NCBI RefSeq assembly: GCF_009914755.1
Contig: NC_060944.1
Direction: 5' to 3' (one strand)
DNA: 64,000 nt
Source of the DNA: the human T2T-CHM13v2.0 reference genome, Homo sapiens
Every line of letters begins with the position of its first letter. Position 1 is the stretch's first letter. A program made the translations under genes and the position numbers. The notes beneath the pieces were generated by a model that had not been told where the DNA came from, ran no database searches, and saw only the letters and a program-made list of their open reading frames with translations. Below are positions 11,690 through 28,259 of this stretch, piece by piece.

Positions 11690-14020
11690 AATATGGATTT
11701 AAAAGGCCTTTAAACATATGAGACTGAAGCTCTCCATTCATAATTTTAAAAATCACAATCTAAAACTACAACCCAATACCAATGTTCTCTTCATAGACTG
11801 GTAAAAGTGCAAAGGGGTGACAATATACTGTGGGTTGTCCAGAAAGAGCACTAGCATTGCTGGAAGTTGAGGAATGCAGGGGGTATAATCCCTAGAGGTT
11901 TTTGGCATATCTATCAAAAGTGTATGCTTTAACCCACCAATCCTACCTCTGAAAATTTATCCTCCAGATATGCTTGCAAAATGAAATATGTACAGAAATG
12001 TTCATTGCAGAATTATTTGTAAATGGGAGTTGCATAAGGGTCAATGAGGGACTAGTGCAATAAATGCTGCAATAAAATATTATACAGCTATACAAAAGAA
12101 TTAGAGCATATCCCCTTATACTGATTGGTTAAACTCTTCAAGTACATTGGTAAGGGAAAACAAAAGCAAGGTGCAGAAAAATGTGTATGATACTGTTTTT
12201 TTGTGTGAACAAAGAAACAATCATATATATAAATATATTATATAAATATATATTTATATAATATATAAAAATATATATTATATTTATATAATGCATTTAT
12301 ATATTATATATTTATATTATGTATATATATATATTTGAATTAGCCTGTATGGACATTTTTAAAACAACTTTGCAGACACACATAAGAAACAAATTAAGTA
12401 TCTGTGATACATGTAACTGATGAAGAGCTTGCCAAGACATAAATGTAACTTCTAAAACTATATAGGAAAATGACAGATAATGCACTGGGAAAAAATTAGA
12501 CAAAGATTTTTGACCAGTCTATTCATAAAAGAGGATATCAAACAGCCAATAAATGTATAAAAGTGTTCAACATCATGAATAATAATGCAAATTAATACCA
12601 GGAGAAGCTATCACTATATGTCCATCAGCTGGCCAAAATTAAATTTTCTTACAATAGCAAGGGCACTAGGGACTTGGATGCATGCTGGTAGGGTGAAGAT
12701 TGGTGTAAACACTTGGACAAAACCATGTTATGAATATATTTTCTATTAAAGGTGAACATACACGTGTGTTATGGCTAAGCAACCCCAATTCCAGGTATGC
12801 ACTGTTGGAAATATATTCTCCTCCACCCTAGGAAACAGGCATAAGAATGCTCTTCTTAACATTATTCTCAGTAGCCTCAGACCAGAAATAACCTAAATTA
12901 AATATCCACCAGCAGCAAAATAAACACGACTATACAGTGTTTTTTAAAAAAAAAAACAAAACAGAAAATAGCAAGTGTTGGCAAGGATGTAGAAAAATTA
13001 GAACTTTTGTGCATTGCTGGTGGGAATGTAAAATGGTCCAGCTGCTGTGGAAAAAAGTTTATCCATTCCTCAAAAAGTTAAACATAGAATCATCATATGA
13101 TCCAGTGTTCCATACCTAGATATATTTGCAAAAGAATTGAAAGCAGGGACTCTAACAAATACTTGTATGCCAGTGTTCCTAGCAAAACTATTCACAATCA
13201 ACAAAAACTGGAAACTCAAATGTCCATCCCAGATAAATGGATAAGCAAAACTATTTAGCCTTAAAAAAGCCATGAAAGTCTGATATTTCCTAGAAGACAG
13301 ATGAAGCTTGGAAACATTACACTGAGTGAAGTAAGCCAGTCACAACGGACAAATATTGTAGGATTAAAATAGGCATATTCACAAAGACAGAAAGTGAGAT
13401 TACAAGGGACTGGGGAGAAGGAAGAATAGGGAATTATTATTTAATGAGCACAGTGTTTCTGTATGGGATGATGAAAAATGTTTTGGAAATAGTGGTAATG
13501 GTTACACAACATTGTGAGTCTACTTAATGCCACTGAACTGTATGCTTAAAATGGTTAAAACTGTAAATTTTGTTACATGTACTTTACCATAATAAAAAAA
13601 CAAATTATAGTATGTTCATATAAAATAGTATTATACAGTGATGGAAATGAATACACTATAAACGCACTCCACAGGTTGAATCTCTCAAATATAATGTTGA
13701 GTGAAGAAAGTCATATACAAAATAATACATAAAATTAATTGTATGTAAGTTCACTTACATAAAGGGCACACAGGCACAACTAAACTATGATGTATCGGGA
13801 TGCAACTATCAGGATGAAGTAAAAAGAAAAGTAAGAAAGGAACTGCCCTAGAAGGCAGGTTAGTGGTTATCTTTGGTGAGGAGCAGATGAGGCGTCTTTG
13901 GGGTGCTGGCAGTGTTCCATCTCTTGATCTGGGTATTCACTTCATAATGATTTGTTTAGCTGTACATTTCTTAATGCATTTTACATATGTGTGTTACATA
14001 TCACAATAAAATGTTATTTA
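11690..14020 (+). mobile_element. Nested old L1 3' regions (L1ME host with an L1MB-like insertion at ~12950-13600)
   Basis: aaatagcaagtgttggcaaggatgtag...gggaatgtaaaatgg and ttaaaatggttaaaactgtaaattttgttacatgtactttaccataataaaaaaa (L1MB 3' end), flanked by more diverged L1ME sequence. Confidence 0.75.
12222..12335. repeat. Interrupted (TA)n-rich low-complexity tract
   Basis: Almost pure A/T alternating sequence seen directly. Confidence 0.9.
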
Positions 14021-14317
14021 GGCAGGGCATGGTGGCTCACGCCTGTAATCCCAACACTTTCAGAGGCTGAGGCGGGCGGATCACCTGAGGTCAGGAGTTC
14101 GAGACCAGCCTGGCCAACATGGTGAAACCCCGTCTCTATTAAAAATACAAAAATTAGCTGGGCTTGGTGGCAGGAGCCTGTAATCCCAGCTACTTGGGAG
14201 GCTGAGGCAGGAGGATTGCTTGAACCTGGAGGCAGAGGTTGCATTGAGCAGAGGTCACACAATTGCACTCCAACCTGGGCAACAAGAGCGAAACTCTGTC
14301 TCAAAAAAAAAAAAAAG
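14021..14317 (+). mobile_element. Full-length AluS (AluSq/Sp-like)
   Basis: Dimeric Alu with the diagnostic aacaagagcgaaactc word and a poly(A) tail. Confidence 0.96.
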
Positions 14318-16830
14318 TTTTTTAAAAAGAAGTGAAAAAAGGGGTTATGTGTTGAGGTTGGTAATACAAGAACTGCATGGTGTGGGCATGATTCTCTTAA
14401 CTCTACTATTTTCTATTTGGGTTTTTAACTGTAAGGCTTATGTCATTTAATTTTTTCAATTCAAATAACTAAACCAGTAAACTACAAAATGACCTGGATC
14501 AAATGACTGCAAGAAATTTTGATTCTACATATTTAAACAATATAGCCTTCCAGGAAATGTAAATACTTGTTTTATATAAATATAAAAACAAGTGTCTTAA
14601 ATATAAGTATTGAATTTGATTTGTCTTCAGAATCCAACATTCAGTACTAAGTTCCACTTTGAAACCCTGTTTTTTGACATAGGTTATTAAATATTAAGCA
14701 TTTAATTATTACAAATTAAAAGGAAAATATAAAGGAGGATGGATTTGTTTGTTTCTTTTTCAGATTGAAACTGCTTGGCCAAGGCCTAGCCAGGGTAGCT
14801 GGCCTACCCATGGCAAGGACTTGCAGCAAGCCAAATTAACTTCCTTGTTTGGATCACACATTAAATTTCGGAATAAAGCCATTTCCCTGGAAAGGATCAG
14901 GAAGCATTAAGCAGTAGTGCTCAAGAAGATTAAACTTCCATGTTGAGAATCTCACTGGTTATCTTTGGCCTTCTGGATAGCTAGTTCTTTTCTGGCCTGT
15001 GTACCTTTCTATGGCTACATAAAAAAATTAATAACCTTTCTAAAAGTAAAAATCCTATTTGGAGTAAGATGGCATTGCAAATTAAATAAGTATTGGAATA
15101 AACAACATTAGCATATTTTTTTCAAAGCTATGTGTTTAGCACTCAAAACAATGTCATGTTGGGCATCTATAAAACAGCTTATCAACATTTGCAGTTGGCA
15201 AATAGGTGTGTTTTGGAGATGTTATGAGCCCTTCTTTTAAAATCACTAAGATTTCTTATTAGTGTAAAGAAACATCATGTAAGTAAACCCAGAGCTCTTT
15301 TTAATACATTTTTTTCTGTTTTCTCTTGTGCTACTGTTTTATTTTTTTAAAACCTTCTTAACATAGATGTCATGGACTCTGTTCATAATTCAGCAGCAAA
15401 GATCAGATTTTTTTTTAAGTTCATAGAAATTGAAGCTGTTTGTTTACTAGATCCCCTTAAACTTTGAGACTCATTTTTACCAATAAATCTTTACACACTA
15501 AAGAACAACGATCTATATAAATAGTTCAATTAGGTAGCCTTTCTCTCTGCTCCTTAATCTGTTTCCAAAGAGACTTTGTAACTTTGGCTTAGAACTTGCA
15601 TGAAGATGTTTTCTAGTGTTATTTTCTTGGTATGGTTGCATTGCCTTTTACTTTTTTTTGGTTTTAAAGTAACACATAATTCCTGACACACTTATCATTC
15701 AACACATAAGTGCTTCTATTTAGATGTCTACTTTCATTTTATTTTTTAACATTGTACTGTAAAAAGACAAAACATACCTACTACAACAACAGGGATTGTT
15801 CTAAATGCTGTCTACCTACTAACTCAATTGTAGGGAGGTTTGATTTTCCATTTTATTTGTGTGCACTTCTAATATACTTGGCAACTCCCTATCATATTCA
15901 TTAAAGAAAAAACTTTAGATAAACTATCATAGGAAAATCTAAACTGAAATATTTAAAAAAAAATTTTAAATCAGCCTTATTTATTTACATGCATATACAA
16001 ATACACACAAACATGTTAAAATGCTCAAATTATCCATTTTACATTCCATACCTCATAACTATTATATACATTTAGTATTACCATGTACTATATGTTTGTA
16101 TGTAGTGCAGTTTATCCAACAGCATAAGTCATACCTTCTGGGAAGATGAGGTGTATGTCAAGCATTGGTGTTCTACTGCCTGCCAGTTTTAGTTTTTAAT
16201 AAAAACAAGAGAATCACAAAGATGAAACAGAAGCAATCCAAAGTGTATAAATCATGCTTCTTTCCCTTATGATCCTATTCTTGACTTTTATTACCTCATT
16301 GGAGGACAAGGTTATACATCTCACTGTTAATCCTGGGCTAGGTCACCTGTTGAGTAAAAGAAAAGCCTTTGGTTCTCAGATTTTAAGTCATCTGACATTT
16401 TAAATTTGCATTTGGAGACAATAAAGGAATATAACCAACTTTTTCTGTTTCTTTAGATCTTGAAAAGGAAGTTGTTTGAAGTCAATTCTTTGTTTTGATG
16501 TTTGGTCAATAATGAAATAATCTTCATTTTATGTTATATCCGGCAAAGAAAAACAGTAACAGCAATATGGAGCCAGGATGTAAATAGATTGTATTGCTTG
16601 AAATCCACTTGGGTAAAAAATAAGCATGCAAAGCAAGGGAAAATAATCAATCAAAGGGGTTGGTAGATGTTTTTCTTGGTTGTGGCTTTTTGGGTGGCTT
16701 TTTGGACTATAAGCCAAAGTTGGATCTTGTCCCAACTGCTTTTAATTAAACTCCTACTTCTTTTTCTTTTAATACTATTTTTTCTCATAAAATTAATAAG
16801 GGATCATGGTAGGACTTTTGGAAAGTATGA

Positions 16831-17275
16831 GTATTAATTAGGATATGGGTCTAGCTACTCTAACAGACATCCAAGTGTCTTATGATTAGAGTTTATTTCT
16901 ACTCTGAGATAATTAGGCAAGAGCTGACGTGGTTCTCCGTGGTGTTCAGGACTCCTAACCTGGACTCCCTCCATATTGTTGCTATGCTGCTGTCCTCCAA
17001 CATTGCTTCCACCTCCTGATCTAAGATGGCTGCTTCAGCTCCAGACTTCACAGTCACCTTCCAGTAAGAAGGAGAACAGAGGAAAGGATACTCTGGACAT
17101 TCCCAGAAGTGACACATATTATCTCCATTTAAAATTCATTAGTCTGTGCTCAGCCACAACAGAAAACTGGGAAGTTTCATCTTAATTCTAGTTAATCCTA
17201 TGCCCATGTAAAATTGGTGGTTCTACAGAAAGAAAAGAAGACTGGTTATTGGGAGAGAGCTAGCAATCTTTCCCA
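16831..17275 (-). mobile_element. MaLR solo LTR (MLT1I/J-like)
   Basis: gtattaattaggata...agctactctaacaga, aagatggctgct...cagtcaccttccag and gctagcaatctttccca are old MLT1 words. Confidence 0.6.
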
Positions 17276-17299
17276 GAATGCAAAAAAGTATAAAGAAGA

Positions 17300-19150
<1,851 letters not shown>

Positions 19151-19866
19151 TCTAGTAAATATTTTCCCAAATGTATGCTCCTTCTCTTCGTTTTGCTTTT
19201 ATATATATATATTTCTATACATATAAATATAAAATATTTCTAAATATATATATTTATATCTATATACATATACATCACAGTATCTTCAGGGCTCAATCTT
19301 TTGAAATGTTTTTATTCCTTTTCATATTTATTCAGAATTGAACATAGAGACTATGAAGTAGGCCAGATATTTGACCATAAACATGAAATAATGGTGGCTA
19401 GATTCTAGTATATTTTCACATCCAATTTTTAATTTTTATTTTTTAAGAACCCTATCTCATCTCTTAACCTGGAAGACTGGATATTACAGTCATAGGTTCA
19501 TGTGGCTGGTTCATTGATCCAGACACTTGAAGGACATGGCCATTTTCTGTGTTTAACTTTCTGTTTGGACTGGTCTCTGTATCAGGTACATAGTGTGACC
19601 ATGGATACATGACCCTCCTTGAGCAGCTACCCACGGCATTATTGAAATGAAGCTCCAGGTCAGGAAGATGAGCCATAGTTTACTTGGGTAGCTGCTTCAT
19701 AAGATAGAGCAACCTACTCCTATGGCCTTCACACCTGTACCCACCAGTGCGGGGTTTGTAGGATACTGTGAGCATTGTCATGTAATCATGCTGTGTTTAT
19801 TTCTCAAGTGAGAGGCTTCCAAGATAGTTCCTGGTGTTTCCCTTCAAACAATTTCTCTTCTCACTA

Positions 19867-20346
<480 letters not shown>

Positions 20347-22323
20347 TTAGCCTGTTTACTGCCCTGATTCCTGATTTCTCATATTATGTAATGATATTTC
20401 CATGTTATTCAATATACTGACAAAAATTATTTTATATTACTATTTCATCATAGAAGCAATATATACATACTCCCAGAAGTATTTGAACCAGAAGATAATG
20501 GACTGTTGGCCAGTAGAGCAGATCTGGGCACGGGACCCACAGCATCCAGTACATTAATCCTTTACAGTTCCTTCCATGTGAATTGTCTGAGTGTGCTCTT
20601 TGTCCATTCCTCCTTTTGTTAATTAATTTTTAACAATTCAACAGTTATTGTCTACTATATGTTAGAGCTCTTGAATCTTTCTAAGCGCTGTCCTTCAATG
20701 AAACACAGGGATTTATTTGCCAGTTCCTTATATTAAAGAGAGGATCTCCTTATAGTAGCTGCTATATAATAGTCTCTTGTCTGCTTTATTTTTAATATAA
20801 TACTTTCTCAGTTTCCTGTTCTCCTTGTAAGTAAGTATCATGGTTTTGGCCTGGACAGGGTGAAAATTCTCATACTGTAGAAATTATCAGTGGACTTTTG
20901 TCTATACTTCTTCCATTTGCTTTGTATATAGTAAGACCAGCCAAGGATATAAATTCTCATATCCAAATTTTTCATCTAATATTTTAATATTTAACTTTTT
21001 AATCCAACAGGATTTTATGTTGAATTTTTTGTGATAAGAGAGATTTAAAGGAATGTACTTTCCTCAGAAAACAAGACAAATTCTACAGTGGTGTCTATTA
21101 AATATTTCCTACCTATTCATGTGTGACTCTTTACTCTATATCCCAAAACAATCTCACCTCAGTATAAGTAAACTTAGTCCATATTTATGTTTATGTATAA
21201 ATATATTTAATATTTAATAGTGTGTTATATATGATGTTGTAGTAGCCTGTGATATAATATATACATGTACATTGATTTTTTATATATTTAGCACAGTGTT
21301 TCTGGGATCACGAATATTTAATAATATAAAATTTGTGATTAGAATAAAGAAGAGGATAAGATGTCACCAGCTTATTGATGGTAACTGCCACCCCCAATAC
21401 CTCATCTTGTCCCCAGGAGGCTTGCTAAGGCATGTGGAGGAGGAATGGAGAGCCAGATGGTGCCTGTGGCTCCATGTAGATGATTCCTACAGGGCTGGAA
21501 AGCAATTACTCAGTACCAGTCCCCTGGGAGGCTGCCGACAAGGCAGGCATGTTCCCCGCATTCATCTTTACAAGGTGTAATAATTAAGCCAGCAGAATCA
21601 TAGCATTGCCTGATGGATGTACAAAGAATCAGCATGGACCCTCTTGGCTTGTTCATTACCTCAACGTCACCTACACAAACTAGTAATTACTCACGGAATT
21701 TATGGCATTTACATGTGACAATGATCTTTGCTGCATTAACGCCTCCTAAAGCTAAGGTCCATGGGGCCAGTTAAAAACCTATTTATTACCAATGAAGCTT
21801 AAGCATTGAGGATTTGGGTAGATTTTACTGACATTACACTTAGAGAAAGATTTTAGATGTCTTCATCAAGAAGAAGACAAAGATGTGTGTTGGACGCAGC
21901 CATTTTGAATATATTTGGCAGCAGCTTATTAAATGCCCTAGAGTTAGCCTGTTTAACTCTGCTTTAAACAAGCACTTGACATGTGCTAAACCAAAGAACT
22001 TCTCTATCTGAGGTGTAACTGTCTATTATATTTCTTCCACTGACTTAGGCTAGTTGCAGAGGACCCTCCAATCGGTACATTGGAAATTCTTGGCTGAACT
22101 TGAAGGCTGTGTTTTAGGTCTGCCCTTCTCTATCTTGCGTTTCTATCCAGATGCCAATATGAACTAAAATAGAGCTTCTTGTTAGTCAGCTTCTTGTCCT
22201 TGAGGGGCCTGGAGGCTACAAAAAAATGAGAAGTAGCCATTCATCTTGATATCTGGAACTCTTGCCCTGGGAGGCTGTCAAAGAAAGAAAATTCTGGAAA
22301 GAAGAGGAGAAGTTACTATTTTT

Positions 22324-22739
22324 TGTCAGACGGTCTAGAAGCAGAGCTTGAGATGGAGATTCTGATGCAAGTGATTTTTGGAGGGAATGCTCTCTGGAGA
22401 AAGAGAGTGAGAAAGAAAAATAGGGTAGGATTAGAAATAAAGTAAAGGTGGGACAGAAGGTCTAGCCTCAGCCTGGTCCCACAGGGAGCTTTGGGGTAGG
22501 AATTGCACCACAGAGCTGTCCTGCAGAATGTCATGGACTACCAGCAGCCTACCTCTCCCAGAGGTGCATGCATAAACTTCCAGGCATCTTCGGCCAGGGT
22601 GGTACTCCTCAGCCAACAACAGTCCTTCAGAGAACGGTAGAGGTGCCAGCTGTTAGCAGCTGACACCTTCAGCATCTGCAGGATGGGTGCAATGGCCCCG
22701 TGAAGGGAACCTGAGTGGGGCACGGAAGTACTAACTACA
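22324..22739 (-). mobile_element. ERVL solo LTR (LTR16A-like)
   Basis: tagaagcagagcttgagatggagattctgatgcaagtgatttttggagggaatgctct...aactaca. Confidence 0.65.
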
Positions 22740-22769
22740 GTTACTGATCCACCTTCCTCTTTCTTGCCT

Positions 22770-22980
22770 CCAACAGTCACTCTATTACTCTGTTATGTAT
22801 AGTCATAGCATTTATCACTATCTGGAAATAGCAGGTATATTTATATATTTACTGCTTATTATCTGTCTCCTTTCCACTAGATACCATAAGCTCCAGAGCA
22901 CATCAGTGTTGTATCATCAGTTTCTAAACAAGTGCCAGGCACATAGTTAGGTACCGGGGACACAATTTGTTGAATGAGTA
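22770..22980 (+). mobile_element. L2 3' end
   Basis: cactagataccataagctcc...gtgccaggcacatagttagg...tttgttgaatga. Confidence 0.65.
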
Positions 22981-23164
22981 GGGGCGGGATGAGGTAGGAA
23001 CTTTGGAAATCTGTGTCATGCCCAACTGTAGTGGATGCTATCAGTGTCCCATCCAGATCACCTCAGATCCTGGCTTTTTCAACCCGGGTTCCCATTCTCC
23101 AGCTTCTGCATGCTTCACTCCTAACAAGTGTCGTCTGCTTATTAGTGTGTGCTTTATTAGTTGA

Positions 23165-23570
23165 GATAGTAATAGCTAGAATTGATTGAGTGCTTTCAGC
23201 CTGTCTAACACTGCTTTAAACAAGCACTTGACATGGACTAAAGCAGTGCTTCTCAGGCTTTAATGTGCACACAAGTCCCCTGTGGATCTTGTTAAAATGC
23301 AGACTCTTTCAGTGGGTCTGATGAGGGACCTGAGGAACTGCATTTCCACTGAGACTCCCGGGAAAGCTGATGCTGCTGGTCTCCAGACCACACTAAGAGT
23401 GGCAAGGGATTTGTTCATTAATCTTCATAACAGCTCGGTGAAATAGGTTCTATTATTATTTCCATTTTACAGATGAGGAAATTGAGGCAGAGAGAGGTTA
23501 AGCCATGTGCTCAAAATGACACAGCTGGCAAGAGATGGAAGCAGAATTTGAATCCAGGCAGCCTGAATCC
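23165..23570 (-). mobile_element. MIR interrupted by MER5A
   Basis: ccattttacagatgaggaaattgaggcagagagaggttaag...atttgaatccaggcagcctga, a MIR core in reverse orientation. Confidence 0.8.
23244..23407. mobile_element. MER5A hAT MITE
   Basis: cagtgcttctca...gatcttgttaaaatgcagactc...gctgatgctgctggtc...accacact, matching MER5A ends and core. Confidence 0.8.
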
Positions 23571-24208
23571 CAAATGTGTCACCTGAAATACTCTGAATAA
23601 AGGCCTCTATTGAAAGATGAAGTTATAAGTCAGGTTGACCAGGCTAACAAGTAAAGACAATGCATCCCTCTGGTGGATCTCACAGTGAATAAAGTCTATA
23701 CACTGCCCCAGGACACTCGGAATCTTGAACGAGCATGACTCAATGGGAGACTGTTCCACTGTCAGTTTCTCTTCCAGCCTCCCATGACTCCAAACCATTA
23801 GGCTGCAGTTTTGACAGTGTTTCCCAATGGCTTGAAAGTAACTAATGAGTGAGTGCCAGTGCCTAATAGAGGTGGATGATGGCAGTTATAATTTCTCAAA
23901 GATCATTTGATTCATCTTTTGTAATATTTCAACATTTAATATAAAACAGCAGGCAACTGGAGATTTATAACTTGATTCATTCTAATTGATTTCTTGGCTT
24001 CCTTGGGTCTAATTAATTTTTACTGTGTACCCTAAAATGGTGCAATAGGCTTCCTGAAAGCTGTTAGAAGGCAGCTGTATCATAGTTTATAAAAAGCTGA
24101 AACTTGGCTTTTATTTGATAGGTAAATAGAAATTGATTTTGCTTTTGAGGTCCAGACATAAAAGAGAAAAATTGACTCCAGAACTCAAGAGAAGATCCTG
24201 GATTACTC

Positions 24209-24657
24209 TGTCTTGGTTTGGGTTCCCCCAGGAGGAGATTCCGAGACAAGGACTCTGAATGCAAGTAGTTTTCTGGAAGGTCGTGCCAGGAAACCTGCCA
24301 AGAATGGGAAAGTGAGACAGGGAGAGGAGGAAGCCAAATAGGGGATGCATTGTCAAATAAGTCATATTATGGGCAGCTGGTGTTCAATCTATGGAGTTGT
24401 CTAGGAGACAGCACAGGTTCACACTTAGGTTTTATTCCAACCAGGAACAAGTCACCAATCACATCAGTCCTGGGTTGAGGGCTACTTTTTCACATTAACT
24501 CCAAGCATTCTGGACATAGGCCTGGCTGGTTTTGACAGCCAGAGAAAACTCTCCATCAAAGAGATGAAAGCGCTTGCACTTGAAGCTGTAGGGTTGGGTC
24601 TACCTGGGAATAATAAATGGCAAGGGGATATAGACAGAGAACACAGTGTCTGTTACA
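24209..24657 (-). mobile_element. ERVL solo LTR (LTR33/LTR16-like)
   Basis: tgtcttggtttgggttcccccaggaggagattccgagacaaggactctgaatgcaagtagttt...tgttaca. Confidence 0.65.
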
Positions 24658-26999
24658 ATGTCCAAATATAAACTGTGCTGCTTTGACCTTTTGTGCACCA
24701 GTGACTTCTCCCCAGTTCCCAGCCGCTTGCCCCTGACCTTGTGTAGAGCCCATAATCAAGATTCCTGTGCCACTGACTTGAAGACCTTTAACTAAGGCAG
24801 TTGTCCATCTTACATTTTATAATACAACACTGTATCACCATTTGGAAGAACATAAATTATAACTATAAATTATATAAATTATAAGTTACAACTATTGACA
24901 AGATTGTGCATAGTGTAAAGTGCTTTGGGATTTTATTCATCAGTGCTCAGAATAGACCTCATGGTGACTTGGCTTTTAGTGGACCCTCCAGTAACAATCT
25001 TTTTGTGAAAAAAAAAAAAAAGAAATGAGAAAAGAAATGCCCCATCAAACTGAAAATTGAGTAGAAGCTTCTGTGTTGCAGTAATTTTTTGTGGGCTTAA
25101 GATTTAATCTTGAAAATGCAACATTTGTGTTTAGCATTGTCAAAGGCAAAAGAGGAATAAAATAGTGCCTTCCAGGTCAATGAAAAATAAATCCAGCTCC
25201 TGATCAGGCTCTGCTGCTTGCAGGGTGTTGTTCTCTGAGTGTTCTGATTGGCACAACACAGGCTTTCTTGCCACCTCCCAGGCCCAGCTGCTGTTTGCCC
25301 ACCTGTGAGCCTTATTCCTGCCCAAAACAAGGAAAACAGCAAAAACAGTGGGGCCACTGAAACTGGGCTCAAGGTCCAAGAACAGCTTTCCCTTTGGGTT
25401 CTGTTATTGCCACCATGAAGCTACTTGTGGAAGCCCAGGAGCAACTAGTTATTAATCTGTTCCTCTCAACTATTTCTTTAGGAATCATGTGAGTGTATAG
25501 ACACTACAGACAACGAGGATGATTTCAAAACCAAACCATGATTTATTTGTTGATATTTGGAAATGTACATTCAACTTCTTGTGTTTTGTTACACAACTCG
25601 ATGGCACATTTTCATTTTTGTTTTAGTTTAATTAACAAAGGGTGTGCTCACCGTGTGCCAGACCATACCAGCACTTGGCAAATTAAACTCATCTAGTCTT
25701 CATAACTTCACCATGGTGTAGGTACTGTCTTTATTCCCATTTTACAGATGGGGAAGTTGAAGCACTGAGAAATTGTCATGGTGGTATTATCATGAAAATA
25801 ACATTAAGATTGATGAAATGTATATATTAACTAATTTTGACTCACAGGTTAATCCTTCTGCCCTTCCCTGATCCTATCCCAGATGGCTTTTGGAATGCTT
25901 TCCAATACATATTAAAGGGTTTATCTGTGCTATCTCTGGAATGTTGCCCAGGCTCTGTTATAGTGAAGGGTAGGTTATAAAGTCAGCACATAGTGGAGAA
26001 AATGCCATAGAGTCCAAATTAACTCTGAAAATGCTTTCAAATACCTCAAAGTACTGCAGTGTGGTTTTATGCTTATGACCCTCTGTGGTAATTCTAAGGG
26101 AGCTAAAGTTCTAGAAAAACTGAGCCTGACTGAAGAAAGAAACTTTCAAATCACTCAGCTTTTAAGATAACTCTAGGGTCGAATGGGGATTGGATGAATC
26201 AATCAAAAAGCTTCTGCTTGCCTGCAAAGTTGATTCCTTTCTAGTTACACATCAAGATTCTTTAATCTCAATGTCTGGTAATAGGCTTATTTGTTACCTT
26301 AAACATATTTGTTCAAGCACAGTTGTGCTTTTTAGTGAAATGTAACCAATTGCTTAAGAAAAGGGTCTCAAGAAGTAGAAGGCCTGAGTTTGATTCCCAG
26401 ACTCTTCATAGATATTTAGCAATGACAAATTACATAAAGTATTTGACCTTCAGTTTGTTCATGTTTAAAATGGGTGCATAATCTGTACCTAACCTTATAG
26501 GTTCAGTGTGAGGACTAATTCCCATGAAGCTCTTTGAAGGGTGCCTGGCACTTAGTAAGGGTGCTTGAAATGTCAACTCTTCCTGTTATTCTAAAGTCAG
26601 GAGGAAATTTAAAGAATCGGTTATGAGATTCAGCTGTACCATATTGTCCTGCATAATGCTATAATTATGAATTGACTTAAAAGGGGCCTGGTTCCATTAC
26701 TTACAAGCTTGTGACATTAATCAAGTTACTCAACTCCTATGGCTCAATGTCCACAACTACAAAAAGAGGTTTTTAATGTTACATTTCTTATAACATTATT
26801 GTGAGCATTAAGTTAATTAACATATGTAAAACTCCTTGGACAATGTCTGGGTTTTTAAATCTGTTACCACTGCTGTACCCAGAACGTAGCACATAGTAGG
26901 TCCTTTTGTTAAGTGGGTGAATACACTATCAGTAGCCATAGTAGGAAGAGCTTATCACTTTAAAGTGTTATGTTTTGATTGACACTGTGGTTGCAAAAA

Positions 27000-27737
27000 C
27001 ATGGTTTTTGGTCACAGTGTGATTTGATGTCATATGTGGTCACATTCATTAATGTCACCACTGATCTCTTAAAAAAAAGTCTGTAAATATTGAGAAGCCC
27101 ATCAAGCTCACAGTGGTGGATACAAGCTTCCCAAAATTCTAAGTTTTGCTTGGTAGCTTGCATTTTATTATTGGCAACACATACTGTCAGTTATTTACCT
27201 TGATAGACCCACTTTATTCATTTTCAAGAAAATATCTGTCACATATCCAAGTCTGAATAACCCTAGTTTTCCTGTCATTCTTTCAAGTAAAAATGGTGTT
27301 ACTTGGGAAGAATGACTGGTTCAGCTTAAAACTCAGTCTCCTAAGTGTTTCAGTATACCGGAGAATTATTTTATGTATAGTTCTCATTTTGTCATACAGA
27401 ACATTTGAAAAGCCACAAAGAGTAAAAAAATTTAACAAAATTAATAACTTTTAGCACTTCAAGGATGACATTCTTGAAGTGTGTTTTTAACAGTGAGTGT
27501 GTAGAATGAATAATCAAATGATTTCTGGTACACTGGAAGTCTGGTGCCATTGTCTTGATTTGTATGAAGACATAAGCAGTTTTTTTTTTAGCATTGCTTT
27601 TGTATAAAGTGCAGATTTCATCTCAGTGAAAAAGGCAATAACCTCTTAATATCATTATGAAATTATTTTGACCTCAGGGACCCTCAAAGGGTCTTGGGGA
27701 ACCCCAGAGATCTGTGTACTATGCTTTGAGAATCACT
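27000..27737. mobile_element. Charlie1-like hAT DNA transposon fragment
   Basis: atcaagctcacagtggtggatacaagcttcccaaaattctaa, ccaagtctgaataacc and the terminal gacctcagggaccc...ctttgagaatcact. Confidence 0.75.
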
Positions 27738-28259
27738 TAGCTACGGAAACATTCAGTAGATAAAACTGGCCAGTGAAAGGGATAGCAGAGTCAAGGATGA
27801 CACCATTTCCCATTCTAAGAAAGTGAGTGGGCACAGATGCCATTGCAGAGAAGTAAGGGACTAGAGAAAGGGCGGGTCTGTGGCAGAAAAGATAGGTTCG
27901 TGTTGGTCATGAGGCATCTAGAAGATCTATTTGAGTTGCACATCTTGGGACGTCTTGTGCAATTGTTCATTCAAGAAAGATTAATAGAACATCCACTGTG
28001 TGCTGGAAATGAGAGGAATGTTTTTCATTCCCAACCTTTTTAATGCAGAAGTCATTTTCTTAGTGAAATTGTAAGCTTCTTTAGAGGATGACCTAAATTA
28101 TATATTTAGAAAAAAAATTGTATGAACCTAACACAATGCAAGACATTGACAAAATATCCCAGTTTACAAAAAATGATATTCTCCTTCCTGACTTCCCACA
28201 ATGACATACAGTTTTTCTTCCACCCTTTATCCAGGTCAGACAGTAGACACAGTCATTCT

